IMG/VR virus record: IMGVR_UViG_3300017917_001687
Span: 10,057 to 74,056 of that record
DNA length: 64,000 nt
Reading direction: 5' to 3' (one strand)
Origin: a virus
A program made the position numbers and the translations under genes. Below the pieces are notes generated by a model, which saw only the letters and a list, made by a program, of their open reading frames with translations, did no database searches and was not told where the DNA came from. Below, piece after piece: positions 37,168 through 45,928 of this stretch (positions are counted from its first letter, which is position 1; the number at the start of each line of letters is the position of its first letter).

Positions 37168-37202
37168 AACTTGGACACTTAGACATAAAAAGTGTCCAAG
37201 TT
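37168..37202. other. Perfect 13-bp inverted repeat between SSB and RecA genes
   Basis: AACTTGGACACTT-(9 nt)-AAGTGTCCAAGTT. Confidence 0.8.
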
Positions 37203-37217
37203 TAAAATTAAAATATT

Positions 37218-38207
37218 ATGGCAATTAAGAAAAAAGAATTTAAACCACTTGATTTTAAGGAAAAGTTTTCCACTAAAACAAAATACAAAGAAACCAATTT
37301 CTACTTCTGTGGTGATGCGGTATTGAAAGCGTGTGGAATGCCAGGTCCGGTTATGGGTGGTGTTAATATGTTATTAGGACATAGTAACTCATCAAAAACA
37401 ACCGCAATGATTTTGGCGGCAGCAGATGCTCAGAGAAAGGGTCACCTTCCGGTATTCATTATTACCGAGAAAAAATGGAGTTGGGAACATGCTGTTGAAT
37501 TAGGATTACAGGCGGAAAAAAATGCGGACGGAGAGTGGGATGGTCATTTCATATTTAACGATAGTTTTGACTATATTGAACAAGCAACCGATTTTATTAA
37601 TGAAATATTGGATACACAAGAAAAGGGTGAATTACCATATTCATTATTATTCTTATGGGATTCTGTTGGTTCAATACCATGTAAGATGACATTTGAAGGT
37701 AAAGGTGGTAAAATGCACAACGCATCTACTTTATCTGACAAAATCGGTATGGGAATTCACTCAAGAATATCAAAGTCTAAAAAGGAAGATTACCCATATT
37801 ACAACACATTAGTCGTTGTTAACCAACCATGGGTTGATTTACCGGATAATCCATTTGGACAACCTGAAATTAAGGCTAAAGGTGGTGAGGCATTATGGTT
37901 GGCGTCTTCAATAATTTTCTTGTTTGGAAATCAGAAAAAGTCAGGTATAAACCACATTACCGCAACCAAAAATGGTAGAACAGTATCATATGCAATCAGA
38001 ACCAAAATATCAATTATTAAAAATCACGTAAATGGTTTACAATACAAAGATGGTAAAATCATTGCGACCCCACATGGTTATATTGATGATGATAAAGACG
38101 CATTGGATGCTTACAAAAAGGAACATTCCGACTACTGGAACGCAATATTATCGGGTACCGGAGAGATGACTTTTGGAGAAACGGCTGACGAGTATATTGA
38201 GGACTAA
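37218..38207 (+). CDS. uvsX: RecA/UvsX-like recombinase
   Basis: Walker A-like GHSNSSKTT, FIITEKK, LFLWDSVGS, VVVNQ, KGGEAL, IIKNHV. Confidence 0.85.
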   Translation: MAIKKKEFKPLDFKEKFSTKTKYKETNFYFCGDAVLKACGMPGPVMGGVNMLLGHSNSSKTTAMILAAADAQRKGHLPVFIITEKKWSWEHAVELGLQAEKNADGEWDGHFIFNDSFDYIEQATDFINEILDTQEKGELPYSLLFLWDSVGSIPCKMTFEGKGGKMHNASTLSDKIGMGIHSRISKSKKEDYPYYNTLVVVNQPWVDLPDNPFGQPEIKAKGGEALWLASSIIFLFGNQKKSGINHITATKNGRTVSYAIRTKISIIKNHVNGLQYKDGKIIATPHGYIDDDKDALDAYKKEHSDYWNAILSGTGEMTFGETADEYIED

Positions 38208-38225
38208 CCTATAAAAACAAACTAA

Positions 38226-39248
38226 ATGTCTAACGTACTATTAGTAGATGGAGATAACTTATTAACGATTGGTTTTTTTGGTTTAAAAAATCATTTTTAT
38301 AAAGGACAACACATTGGTGGACTATTTCATTTTATCAACACAATTCGTAAAATGATTGAAGTCCACCATCTTGATAAAGTTGTTGTTTTTTGGGATGGTG
38401 AAGAAGGATCTGAAACGAGAAGAAAATTTTATCATCATTATAAACAAAACAGAAAATCAAGAATCAGGACCGAAGAAGAGATGAACTCTTATGGTCACCA
38501 AAGAAATAGGGTAAAACAATACTTAGAAGAACTATTTGTTCGACAAGGTGAGTTTGAATTTTGTGAGACAGATGATGCAATCGCATATTACTCACAAAAC
38601 TCACCAAAAGAAAAAAAGATTGTTTTTTCATCAGATGGGGATTTAACACAATTAGTGTCTGAAGATACAAAAATCTATAACCCATCATTTTCAAAAATGT
38701 ATCAACCAAATGATATGTTCGTATATGACCACGAAGAAGTTTTAATTGAGAACATTAAAATTGTTAAAATACTTTGTGGTGATAAATCCGATAATATTGC
38801 TGGCATTAAAAATCTTGGAATAAGAACACTTATAACTAATGTACCTGAAATAAGAACAGAGAGAATAACATTAGAGTATGTTCGTAATAGATTCAATGTT
38901 CTATTCGAGGAAAACAGAGACAATCGTGTTATAAATAACTTCTTAACAGGTGTAACCAAACACGGGGTTTTAGGTGAAGAGTTTTTTGATGTGAACAATC
39001 GTATTGTAAGTTTAGATAATCCTTTTTTAACCGACTATGCAAAATCGTATATAGAGGATTTAATAAACGAAAATATGGACCCGGAGGGTAGGTCATATAA
39101 AAACACAATGAAAATGATGGTGGAAGATGGAATATTCCTTCTATTACCCAAATCTGATGATGCGTGGATTAGATTTTTAAATCCTTTTTTAAGGTTAACA
39201 AGAAAAGAAAAAAATAAAAAAACAATAAAAATTAGAAACAATGAATAA
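38226..39248 (+). CDS. 5'-3' exonuclease / flap endonuclease (T4 RNase H-like)
   Basis: LLVDGDNL, VVFWDG, YKQNR, ETDDAIA, SSDGDLTQL, GDKSDNIAGIKNLG. Confidence 0.9.
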   Translation: MSNVLLVDGDNLLTIGFFGLKNHFYKGQHIGGLFHFINTIRKMIEVHHLDKVVVFWDGEEGSETRRKFYHHYKQNRKSRIRTEEEMNSYGHQRNRVKQYLEELFVRQGEFEFCETDDAIAYYSQNSPKEKKIVFSSDGDLTQLVSEDTKIYNPSFSKMYQPNDMFVYDHEEVLIENIKIVKILCGDKSDNIAGIKNLGIRTLITNVPEIRTERITLEYVRNRFNVLFEENRDNRVINNFLTGVTKHGVLGEEFFDVNNRIVSLDNPFLTDYAKSYIEDLINENMDPEGRSYKNTMKMMVEDGIFLLLPKSDDAWIRFLNPFLRLTRKEKNKKTIKIRNNE

Positions 39249-39684
39249 TCAAGACTTAACAAAATTTGAGTTTATTTTAACTCTACAAAACAACATCGTA
39301 TGTCAACGTTTCTTCAACGTTAGAGAACACAATTTGGTAGCAAAAAAATCTATGGATTTATATTACTACGTAAAAAATATTTGTGACGAAATCAGTGAAG
39401 ATTTGAAAATAAAAACTTTGGATTATCTACATGAAAATCGTGATTATTTTTACGCTTTAGATGAATTGGGTAATAACGAAACAGAAGAAAAAGAAAACTT
39501 TTTGTTGAAGATTAAACTCGGTGACGAAGTATTTATTCAAAGAATGTTTCCCGCAAATATCTATCATCCAAAAGTTAGATATACGGTAGATATTCGTCCC
39601 CACTTGAAAAGATATTTATCAGATCTAACGATCATACTATCTTCTCATGAATTGGAAACAACATATTTAAATTACGAACTATAA
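39241..39684 (+). CDS. Hypothetical protein in the replication operon
   Basis: 147-aa ORF overlapping the upstream stop; no recognisable motif. Confidence 0.65.
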   Translation: MNNQDLTKFEFILTLQNNIVCQRFFNVREHNLVAKKSMDLYYYVKNICDEISEDLKIKTLDYLHENRDYFYALDELGNNETEEKENFLLKIKLGDEVFIQRMFPANIYHPKVRYTVDIRPHLKRYLSDLTIILSSHELETTYLNYEL

Positions 39685-39699
39685 AAAAGGAAAAAACAC

Positions 39700-41076
39700 A
39701 TGGCAGAAAAGAATTTTGGATTTCTCGGGGCATCGTTCCAACAATCACTATTAAAATCAATCATCGAAGATAAAAAATATGGTGAGCAGATTATAGATGT
39801 TATCGAGAGTAAATATTTTGACAACAATTCTTTCAGATTTATAGTTGAAAACATCAAAGAATATTACAACAAATATAACAAAACACCCAACTACGATTCA
39901 TTATCACAAAAAATAATACTTGAAATGGGTTCCAAGGAAGGATCAATGATACACCTTGACACCATTGAAAATATTAAAGAAAACACCCAAGATTCACAAT
40001 TGGTTAGGGATGAGGCGTTAAATTTTTGTAAACAACAAAACCTCAAAAAAGAACTAAAAAAAGTTCAAACAATTATTGACAACGGGGCTTTTCAACAATA
40101 CCACGAAATTGAAGGTATTATTCAAAAAGCATTACAAGTTGGGTTACCGCCACAAGAGTCTATGGACGTTTTTCACGATATTGATGGTGCCCTTGAACCG
40201 GATAATAGAAACCCAATTCCAACAGGTGTCAATGGTTTGGACTTAGCATTAAAAGGTGGTTTAGGTAAGAGAGAGTTAGGTGTGGTTTTAGCACCAACAG
40301 GTACAGGTAAAACAACATTATTGACCTTGTTCTCAAATACTGCATACAATCACAATTTCAGTGTTTTACAGATATTTTTTGAAGACAATCCAGCAAATAT
40401 TAAAAGAAAACACTTTACTATTTGGACTGGAATTGAACCCGATGAACAACCTGAAAGAAAAGAAGAGGTAAAATCTATGGTTGAAGACATTAAACTTAAC
40501 AACCCAGCAACACTGGACATAGTTAAGTTACCGAGTGATTCGGTTACAATATCTGAAATCAAATCAAGAATCAGAAAACATCTTTCTGATGGTAAAAAAT
40601 TAGACCTATTAGTAATTGACTATGTTGATTGTATCTCACCTGAAAGATCCACATTTGGTGAAGAGTGGAAAGGTGAAGGTTCTGTAATGAGAAGTCTTGA
40701 GGCAATGACCGATGAATTCGGAATAGCAATATGGACCGCTACACAAGGAAATCGAGATTCGATTTCATCTGAAGTTGTTACAACAGACCAAATGGGTGGT
40801 TCGATTAAGAAAGCACAAATTGGTCACGTAGTTCTATCTGTTGGTAAGACGTTAGAACAAAAAGAGCACAATTTAGCCACAATGACATTATTAAAATCAA
40901 GAATCGGTCAAGATGGGATTATATGGTCTAATTGTAAGTTTGACAATAAGTTTTTAGTTATTGATACTGAAAGTCAAACAACACTTCTTGGTCATCAAGA
41001 AGAAAAAGAAAAAACCCAAGCAACACGAGCTAGGGACGCATTTATGAATAGACAGAAAATGCTTAATCGTGGATAA
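39700..41076 (+). CDS. Replicative DNA helicase (DnaB / T4 gp41-like)
   Basis: IPTGVNGLD..LKGG, APTGTGKTT, LLVIDYVD, WTATQGNR, LLKSRIG. Confidence 0.92.
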   Translation: MAEKNFGFLGASFQQSLLKSIIEDKKYGEQIIDVIESKYFDNNSFRFIVENIKEYYNKYNKTPNYDSLSQKIILEMGSKEGSMIHLDTIENIKENTQDSQLVRDEALNFCKQQNLKKELKKVQTIIDNGAFQQYHEIEGIIQKALQVGLPPQESMDVFHDIDGALEPDNRNPIPTGVNGLDLALKGGLGKRELGVVLAPTGTGKTTLLTLFSNTAYNHNFSVLQIFFEDNPANIKRKHFTIWTGIEPDEQPERKEEVKSMVEDIKLNNPATLDIVKLPSDSVTISEIKSRIRKHLSDGKKLDLLVIDYVDCISPERSTFGEEWKGEGSVMRSLEAMTDEFGIAIWTATQGNRDSISSEVVTTDQMGGSIKKAQIGHVVLSVGKTLEQKEHNLATMTLLKSRIGQDGIIWSNCKFDNKFLVIDTESQTTLLGHQEEKEKTQATRARDAFMNRQKMLNRG

Positions 41077-41121
41077 TAAACAAAAAAATTTTACTAACTA
41101 AAAAAAAATAAATTTATCACT

Positions 41122-42981
41122 ATGGATGAATCACAAAAAATATTGTCAGACTTAACGGTCTACATGAAGTACGCTAAGTTTGTTCCCGAATTACAGAGAA
41201 GAGAATCTTGGGAAGAATTGGTCACTAGAAACATGGACATGCACATTAAAAAGTACCCTAAATTAAAAGATGAAATAACTAAAGTGTACAAATTTGTGTA
41301 TGATAAAAAAGTATTACCATCAATGAGATCAATGCAATTTGGTGGTAAACCAATTGAAATTTCACCAAATAGAATTTACAATTGTGCTTACTTACCAATC
41401 GACCATATTGATGCGTTTTCAGAAACGATGTTCTTATTATTAGGTGGAACAGGTGTTGGATATTCAGTTCAAAAACACCATGTTGATAGACTACCTGAAG
41501 TAAGAAAACCAAACCCAAATAGGGTTAGAAGATTTTTAATTGGGGATTCAATTGAGGGATGGGCAGACGCAATAAAAGTGTTGTTTAAATCATACTTTGG
41601 TCAACAATCATCAACACCTGAATTTGACTATTCAGACATTAGACCTAAAGGTGCACAATTAGTTACCTCTGGTGGTAAAGCTCCGGGACCTCAACCATTA
41701 AAAGATTGTATCCATAAATTACAAGGAATGTTGGATTCAAAAGAAGATGGTCAAAAACTAACACCAATTGAAGTACATGATATGGTTTGTCATATTGCGG
41801 ATGCGGTTCTTGCTGGCGGTATTCGTAGAGCGGCATTAATTTCGTTATTCTCGGCAGATGACCACGAAATGATTTCATGTAAGTCAGGCGCTTGGTGGGA
41901 ACAAAACCCACAACGTGGTAGAGCAAATAACTCAGCAGTCCTTGTTAGACACAAAGTGACCAAAGATTTCTTTATGGATTTATGGAAACGTGTTGAAGCG
42001 TCAGGAGCGGGCGAACCTGGAATTTATTTAACCAATGACAAAGATTGGGGAACAAACCCTTGTTGTGAAATTGCGTTGAGACCAAATCAATTCTGTAACT
42101 TATGTGAAGTAAATGTATCGGATATTGAATCTCAAGAAGATTTAAACGCTCGTGTTAAGGCGGCTGCGTTTATTGGAACACTACAAGCTGGTTATACTGA
42201 TTTCCATTACTTAAGAGATATTTGGAAACGTACAACAGAAAAAGATGCGTTAATTGGTGTATCAATGACCGGTATCGGTTCTGGTGTTGTTTTAGGTTAT
42301 GATATGAAAGAAGCAGCTAAAATTGTTAAGGAAGAAAACTCAAGAGTGGCTGAATTAATCGGTATTAATAAATCTGCGAGAACAACAACAGTAAAACCAG
42401 CAGGTACCACATCATTAACATTGGGTACATCATCAGGAATACACGCATGGCATAACGATTATTACATTAGACGTGTTAGGGTTGGTAAAAATGAGGCGAT
42501 TTATAATCACCTTGTAACTAATCATCCAGAACTAGTTGAAGACGAGTTTTTCAGACCACATGATACTGCAGTAATATCGGTTCCACAAAAAGCTCCTGAA
42601 GGTGCTATTTTAAGGACAGAAAGCCCATTCCAATTGTTGGAACGTATTAAAAAGATTACACAAGAATGGGTTAAACCTGGACATAGAAGTGGTTCTAATT
42701 CACACAACGTCTCTGCAACTGTTAGTTTAAAACCCGAAGATTGGGAACTAGCTGGTGAATGGATGTGGGAAAATAGAGATTACTACAATGGATTGTCTGT
42801 TTTACCATATGATGGTGGTACATACATACAAGCACCATTTGAGGATTGTACAAAAGAAGAATTTGATAAACTTTATACTAAGTTACACTCAATTGATTTA
42901 ACTAAAGTTGTTGAAATCAATGATGAAACAAATCTTAGTGGTGAATTGGCTTGTGCTGGTGGTGCATGTGAGATTAAGTAA
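41122..42981 (+). CDS. nrdJ: Class II adenosylcobalamin-dependent ribonucleotide reductase
   Basis: RRESWEE, VLPSMR, YNCAY, GTGVG, GGIRRAA, TNPCCEI..FCNLCE, TTVKPAGTTS and C-terminal CAGGACE; no beta-subunit gene adjacent. Confidence 0.88.
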   Translation: MDESQKILSDLTVYMKYAKFVPELQRRESWEELVTRNMDMHIKKYPKLKDEITKVYKFVYDKKVLPSMRSMQFGGKPIEISPNRIYNCAYLPIDHIDAFSETMFLLLGGTGVGYSVQKHHVDRLPEVRKPNPNRVRRFLIGDSIEGWADAIKVLFKSYFGQQSSTPEFDYSDIRPKGAQLVTSGGKAPGPQPLKDCIHKLQGMLDSKEDGQKLTPIEVHDMVCHIADAVLAGGIRRAALISLFSADDHEMISCKSGAWWEQNPQRGRANNSAVLVRHKVTKDFFMDLWKRVEASGAGEPGIYLTNDKDWGTNPCCEIALRPNQFCNLCEVNVSDIESQEDLNARVKAAAFIGTLQAGYTDFHYLRDIWKRTTEKDALIGVSMTGIGSGVVLGYDMKEAAKIVKEENSRVAELIGINKSARTTTVKPAGTTSLTLGTSSGIHAWHNDYYIRRVRVGKNEAIYNHLVTNHPELVEDEFFRPHDTAVISVPQKAPEGAILRTESPFQLLERIKKITQEWVKPGHRSGSNSHNVSATVSLKPEDWELAGEWMWENRDYYNGLSVLPYDGGTYIQAPFEDCTKEEFDKLYTKLHSIDLTKVVEINDETNLSGELACAGGACEIK

Positions 42982-43184
42982 TGAACGATAAGATAAAAAT
43001 AAATGAGGGGGAGGATAATACTTCCCCTTTAGATTTTTACACTGAAAATGGTAATAGGGTTTTTACCGAACATTACCACAAAAAAAGAGGATTTTGTTGT
43101 GGTAATCGATGTCGTCATTGCCCTTACGAACCCAAATATCAAAAATATAACATGACATTATTAGAAAATAAAGAACCACGTTAA
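42981..43184 (+). CDS. Small Cys-rich protein (DUF5522-like)
   Basis: VFTEHYHKKRGFCCGNRCRHCPY motif; TAATG coupling to nrdJ. Confidence 0.75.
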   Translation: MNDKIKINEGEDNTSPLDFYTENGNRVFTEHYHKKRGFCCGNRCRHCPYEPKYQKYNMTLLENKEPR

Positions 43185-43197
43185 TCGTGGTTTTTTT
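43174..43197 (+). terminator. Intrinsic terminator ending the replication block
   Basis: AACCACG-TTAAT-CGTGGTT with a T7 tail. Confidence 0.8.
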
Positions 43198-43200
43198 GTA

Positions 43201-43208
43201 TATTTATA
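43201..43208 (+). promoter_or_regulatory. Putative late promoter TATTTATA (GNAT)
   Basis: Immediately after a terminator and 4 nt before ATG 43213. Confidence 0.6.
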
Positions 43209-43212
43209 GTAT

Positions 43213-43542
43213 ATGAAAAATATTAGTTTTGAACATGAACACTTGGACCACTACGATGGTCAAGATAACTATGAACTTGGAATCTATGAAGATGGTGAAG
43301 TTATGGGCTATGTTCAATATGTTATCTTTGACAACGAAATCACAGTTAGTGATATACTGGTTAGACCAAACAGAAGAAGAGAGGGTTTCGGTTCCATGTT
43401 AATAAAAAAGATGAAACAATTACACCCAGAAGCAACATACAGACCATCACTAAAAACCGATTTAGGATCTAAGTTTATTCATAAAGATGTTGAATTAAAC
43501 GAAGAAGTAGATCGAATAAAGAAACTAATAAATCTATTATAG
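43213..43542 (+). CDS. GNAT-family N-acetyltransferase
   Basis: GEVMGYVQY, ITVSDILVRPNRRREGFGSMLI (acetyl-CoA-binding R/QxxGxG motif). Confidence 0.8.
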   Translation: MKNISFEHEHLDHYDGQDNYELGIYEDGEVMGYVQYVIFDNEITVSDILVRPNRRREGFGSMLIKKMKQLHPEATYRPSLKTDLGSKFIHKDVELNEEVDRIKKLINLL

Positions 43543-43572
43543 TTTTATTCACACCCATTTCGTTATTTCCTA

Positions 43573-43580
43573 TATTTATA
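43573..43580 (+). promoter_or_regulatory. Putative late promoter TATTTATA (gp25)
   Basis: 3 nt before ATG 43584. Confidence 0.6.
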
Positions 43581-43583
43581 TGT

Positions 43584-44039
43584 ATGGCAGTAACATATGG
43601 TATAGATTTTCCTTTTAGGAATAGCTTAAAGGGTGATTTCCTAACAATGACCGAAACACCCGAACAAGAGATCAGGGCGAACCTGATACATCTTTTATTG
43701 ACTCGAAAGGGTTCTAGATATTATTTACCCGATTTTGGTACAAGATTATATGAGTTCATTTTTGAACCTAATGATGCTGTTACTTGGGGTCAAATAGAAG
43801 ATGAAATAAGGACTGCGGTTAAAACTTATATACCAAACTTAGAAATCAAAAAAATTACTGTTGTTGGTGCGGAACAAGATACCGATGGTGAAGGTGTAAG
43901 TGTTAGTGAGGATGAAGATTCTCGCTTATTTAGAATTTCAGACGCATCTAGTAAACCATACACCGCAAAAGTTAGAGTGGATTATGAGGTTAACGACTCA
44001 CCATTTGTATCATCAGATTTTATAATTATAAACATTTAA
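43584..44039 (+). CDS. Baseplate wedge protein gp25 (GPW/gp25)
   Basis: YGIDFPF, IRANLIHLLLTRKGSRYYLPDFGTRLYEFIFEP, IRTAVKTYIP. Confidence 0.92.
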   Translation: MAVTYGIDFPFRNSLKGDFLTMTETPEQEIRANLIHLLLTRKGSRYYLPDFGTRLYEFIFEPNDAVTWGQIEDEIRTAVKTYIPNLEIKKITVVGAEQDTDGEGVSVSEDEDSRLFRISDASSKPYTAKVRVDYEVNDSPFVSSDFIIINI

Positions 44040-44040
44040 T

Positions 44041-45873
44041 ATGGCTAAGAAAATATCATACGCAACAAGAGATTTTGCAGGGTTAAGACAAGAACTTGTT
44101 AATTTAACTAGACAATACTACCCTGATTTAATCAAGAATACAAACGATGCATCAATATATTCTGTATTGTTAGATTTAAACGCTGCGGTTGCAGATAATT
44201 TACATTTTCACATTGATAGGGTTTGGCAAGAAACAATGTTGGATTTTGCACAACAAAGACAATCATTATTTCACATTGCAAAAACATATGGTATAAGATT
44301 ACCTGGTAATCGTCCATCGGTTGCTTTGTGTGATTTTACAATAAAGGTTCCTGTTAGGGGGGACAAAGAAGATGAAAGATACTTAGGTACTATTACCGCA
44401 GGTGCTCAACTATCAGGTGGTGGACAAGTTTTTGAAACAATTGAAGATATTGATTTTTCAAATCCTTTTAATAGTAGAGGTGAACCTAATAGACTTAAAA
44501 TTCCAAATTTTGATGCTAACAATAGGTTGATATCATACTCAATAGTTAAAAGAGAGGCTGTTGTTAATGGTTTAACAAGAATTTATAGAAGAGTAATTAA
44601 TCAAACAGATCAAAAACCATTTTTAAAACTTTATCTACCGGAACAAAACGTATTGGGTGTAACATCAATAATACATAAAGAGGGAACAAACATTGTTGCT
44701 AATCCAAGTAATTCTGAATTTTTATCTTCACCAAATAAGTGGTATGAAGTTAAATCGTTAATACAAGATAAAATTTTTATTCCAGATCCAACAACCGCTT
44801 CAGATAAAGAAAATTTTGTGGCGGGCACATATGTTCCTGTTACAAACAAATTTATTACAGAATACACCCCTGAGGGATATTTCTCAGTTACTTTTGGTTC
44901 GGGAAATGTTAATCCGCTTGATAATTTAGATAACTATAATCAGGGGTCTTTAAGAGTCAGTTTAGGTACCTATCTAAATAATTTATCATTAGGTGCGGTA
45001 CCAGGTCCAAACACAACAATATTTGTAAAATATAGAGTTGGTGGTGGTGCCGATACAAATATAGGTGTTGATGTAATTACAAACGTTGATAATGTTGATT
45101 TTGTAATCAATGGTCCTAATAGTAATATCAATAACCAAGTTCAACAATCATTAACAGTTTCAAACGTAACACCTGCAGTAGGTGGTGCTGACCAACCCAC
45201 AATAGAAGAGATTAGAAATTTAATTGGATATAATTTTGCAGCACAAAACAGGGCGGTTACATTAAACGACTATAAAGTTTTGATTGAAACGATGCCATCC
45301 ACATTTGGTGCACCAGCTAAAGTTAGTGTAATGGAAGAAGATAATAAAATAAAAATTAAACTTCTTTCATATGATGAAAATGGTAATTTAATTGACACCG
45401 TTTCAAACACTTTAAAAAATAATATAGTAACATATCTATCAGAATATAGAATGGTTAATGACTTTCTTGAGATTGAAAGTGCTGAAGTTATTGATATGTC
45501 ATTAGAGATTGACCTTATAATCGATAAAAATAATAATCAAACCGAAATAATTAGAACATGTATACAAGATGTCGTTGATTATTTTTCGGTAGATAAAAGA
45601 AAAATGGGTGACCCATTATTTGTTGGTGATTTAAATAGAATCATTAATGATGTTAATGGTGTTGTCAATGTTGTTGATATAAGAGTTTTCAACATGATAG
45701 GTGGGGAATACTCAACCGCAGAAGTAGCTCAATCATATGTTGATAACACAACAAAAGAAATCCAACAATCAGATATGACTATTTTCATGAAATCAAATCA
45801 AATATATCAAGTAAGATTTCCAGAAAAAGATATTAAAATCAGAGTTAAAACTATAGGAACAACTACATTCTAA
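44041..45873 (+). CDS. Baseplate wedge protein gp6 (baseplate J-like)
   Basis: YATRDFAGLRQEL, ETMLDFAQQRQS, FGSG, YRVGGG, GGADQPTIEEIR, QNRAVTLNDY. Confidence 0.9.
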   Translation: MAKKISYATRDFAGLRQELVNLTRQYYPDLIKNTNDASIYSVLLDLNAAVADNLHFHIDRVWQETMLDFAQQRQSLFHIAKTYGIRLPGNRPSVALCDFTIKVPVRGDKEDERYLGTITAGAQLSGGGQVFETIEDIDFSNPFNSRGEPNRLKIPNFDANNRLISYSIVKREAVVNGLTRIYRRVINQTDQKPFLKLYLPEQNVLGVTSIIHKEGTNIVANPSNSEFLSSPNKWYEVKSLIQDKIFIPDPTTASDKENFVAGTYVPVTNKFITEYTPEGYFSVTFGSGNVNPLDNLDNYNQGSLRVSLGTYLNNLSLGAVPGPNTTIFVKYRVGGGADTNIGVDVITNVDNVDFVINGPNSNINNQVQQSLTVSNVTPAVGGADQPTIEEIRNLIGYNFAAQNRAVTLNDYKVLIETMPSTFGAPAKVSVMEEDNKIKIKLLSYDENGNLIDTVSNTLKNNIVTYLSEYRMVNDFLEIESAEVIDMSLEIDLIIDKNNNQTEIIRTCIQDVVDYFSVDKRKMGDPLFVGDLNRIINDVNGVVNVVDIRVFNMIGGEYSTAEVAQSYVDNTTKEIQQSDMTIFMKSNQIYQVRFPEKDIKIRVKTIGTTTF

Positions 45874-45913
45874 TTTTATTTTTGATTATTATTCTGGAAA
45901 TTATATAAAATTC

Positions 45914-45921
45914 TATTTATA
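45914..45921 (+). promoter_or_regulatory. Putative late promoter TATTTATA
   Basis: 7 nt before ATG 45929. Confidence 0.55.
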
Positions 45922-45928
45922 TAGAAGT

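Noticed and set aside
7932-42981. Inteins or introns in polymerase, helicases or RNR
   Set aside because: Lengths are ordinary, motifs are contiguous, and I saw no intein splice-junction or LAGLIDADG motifs.
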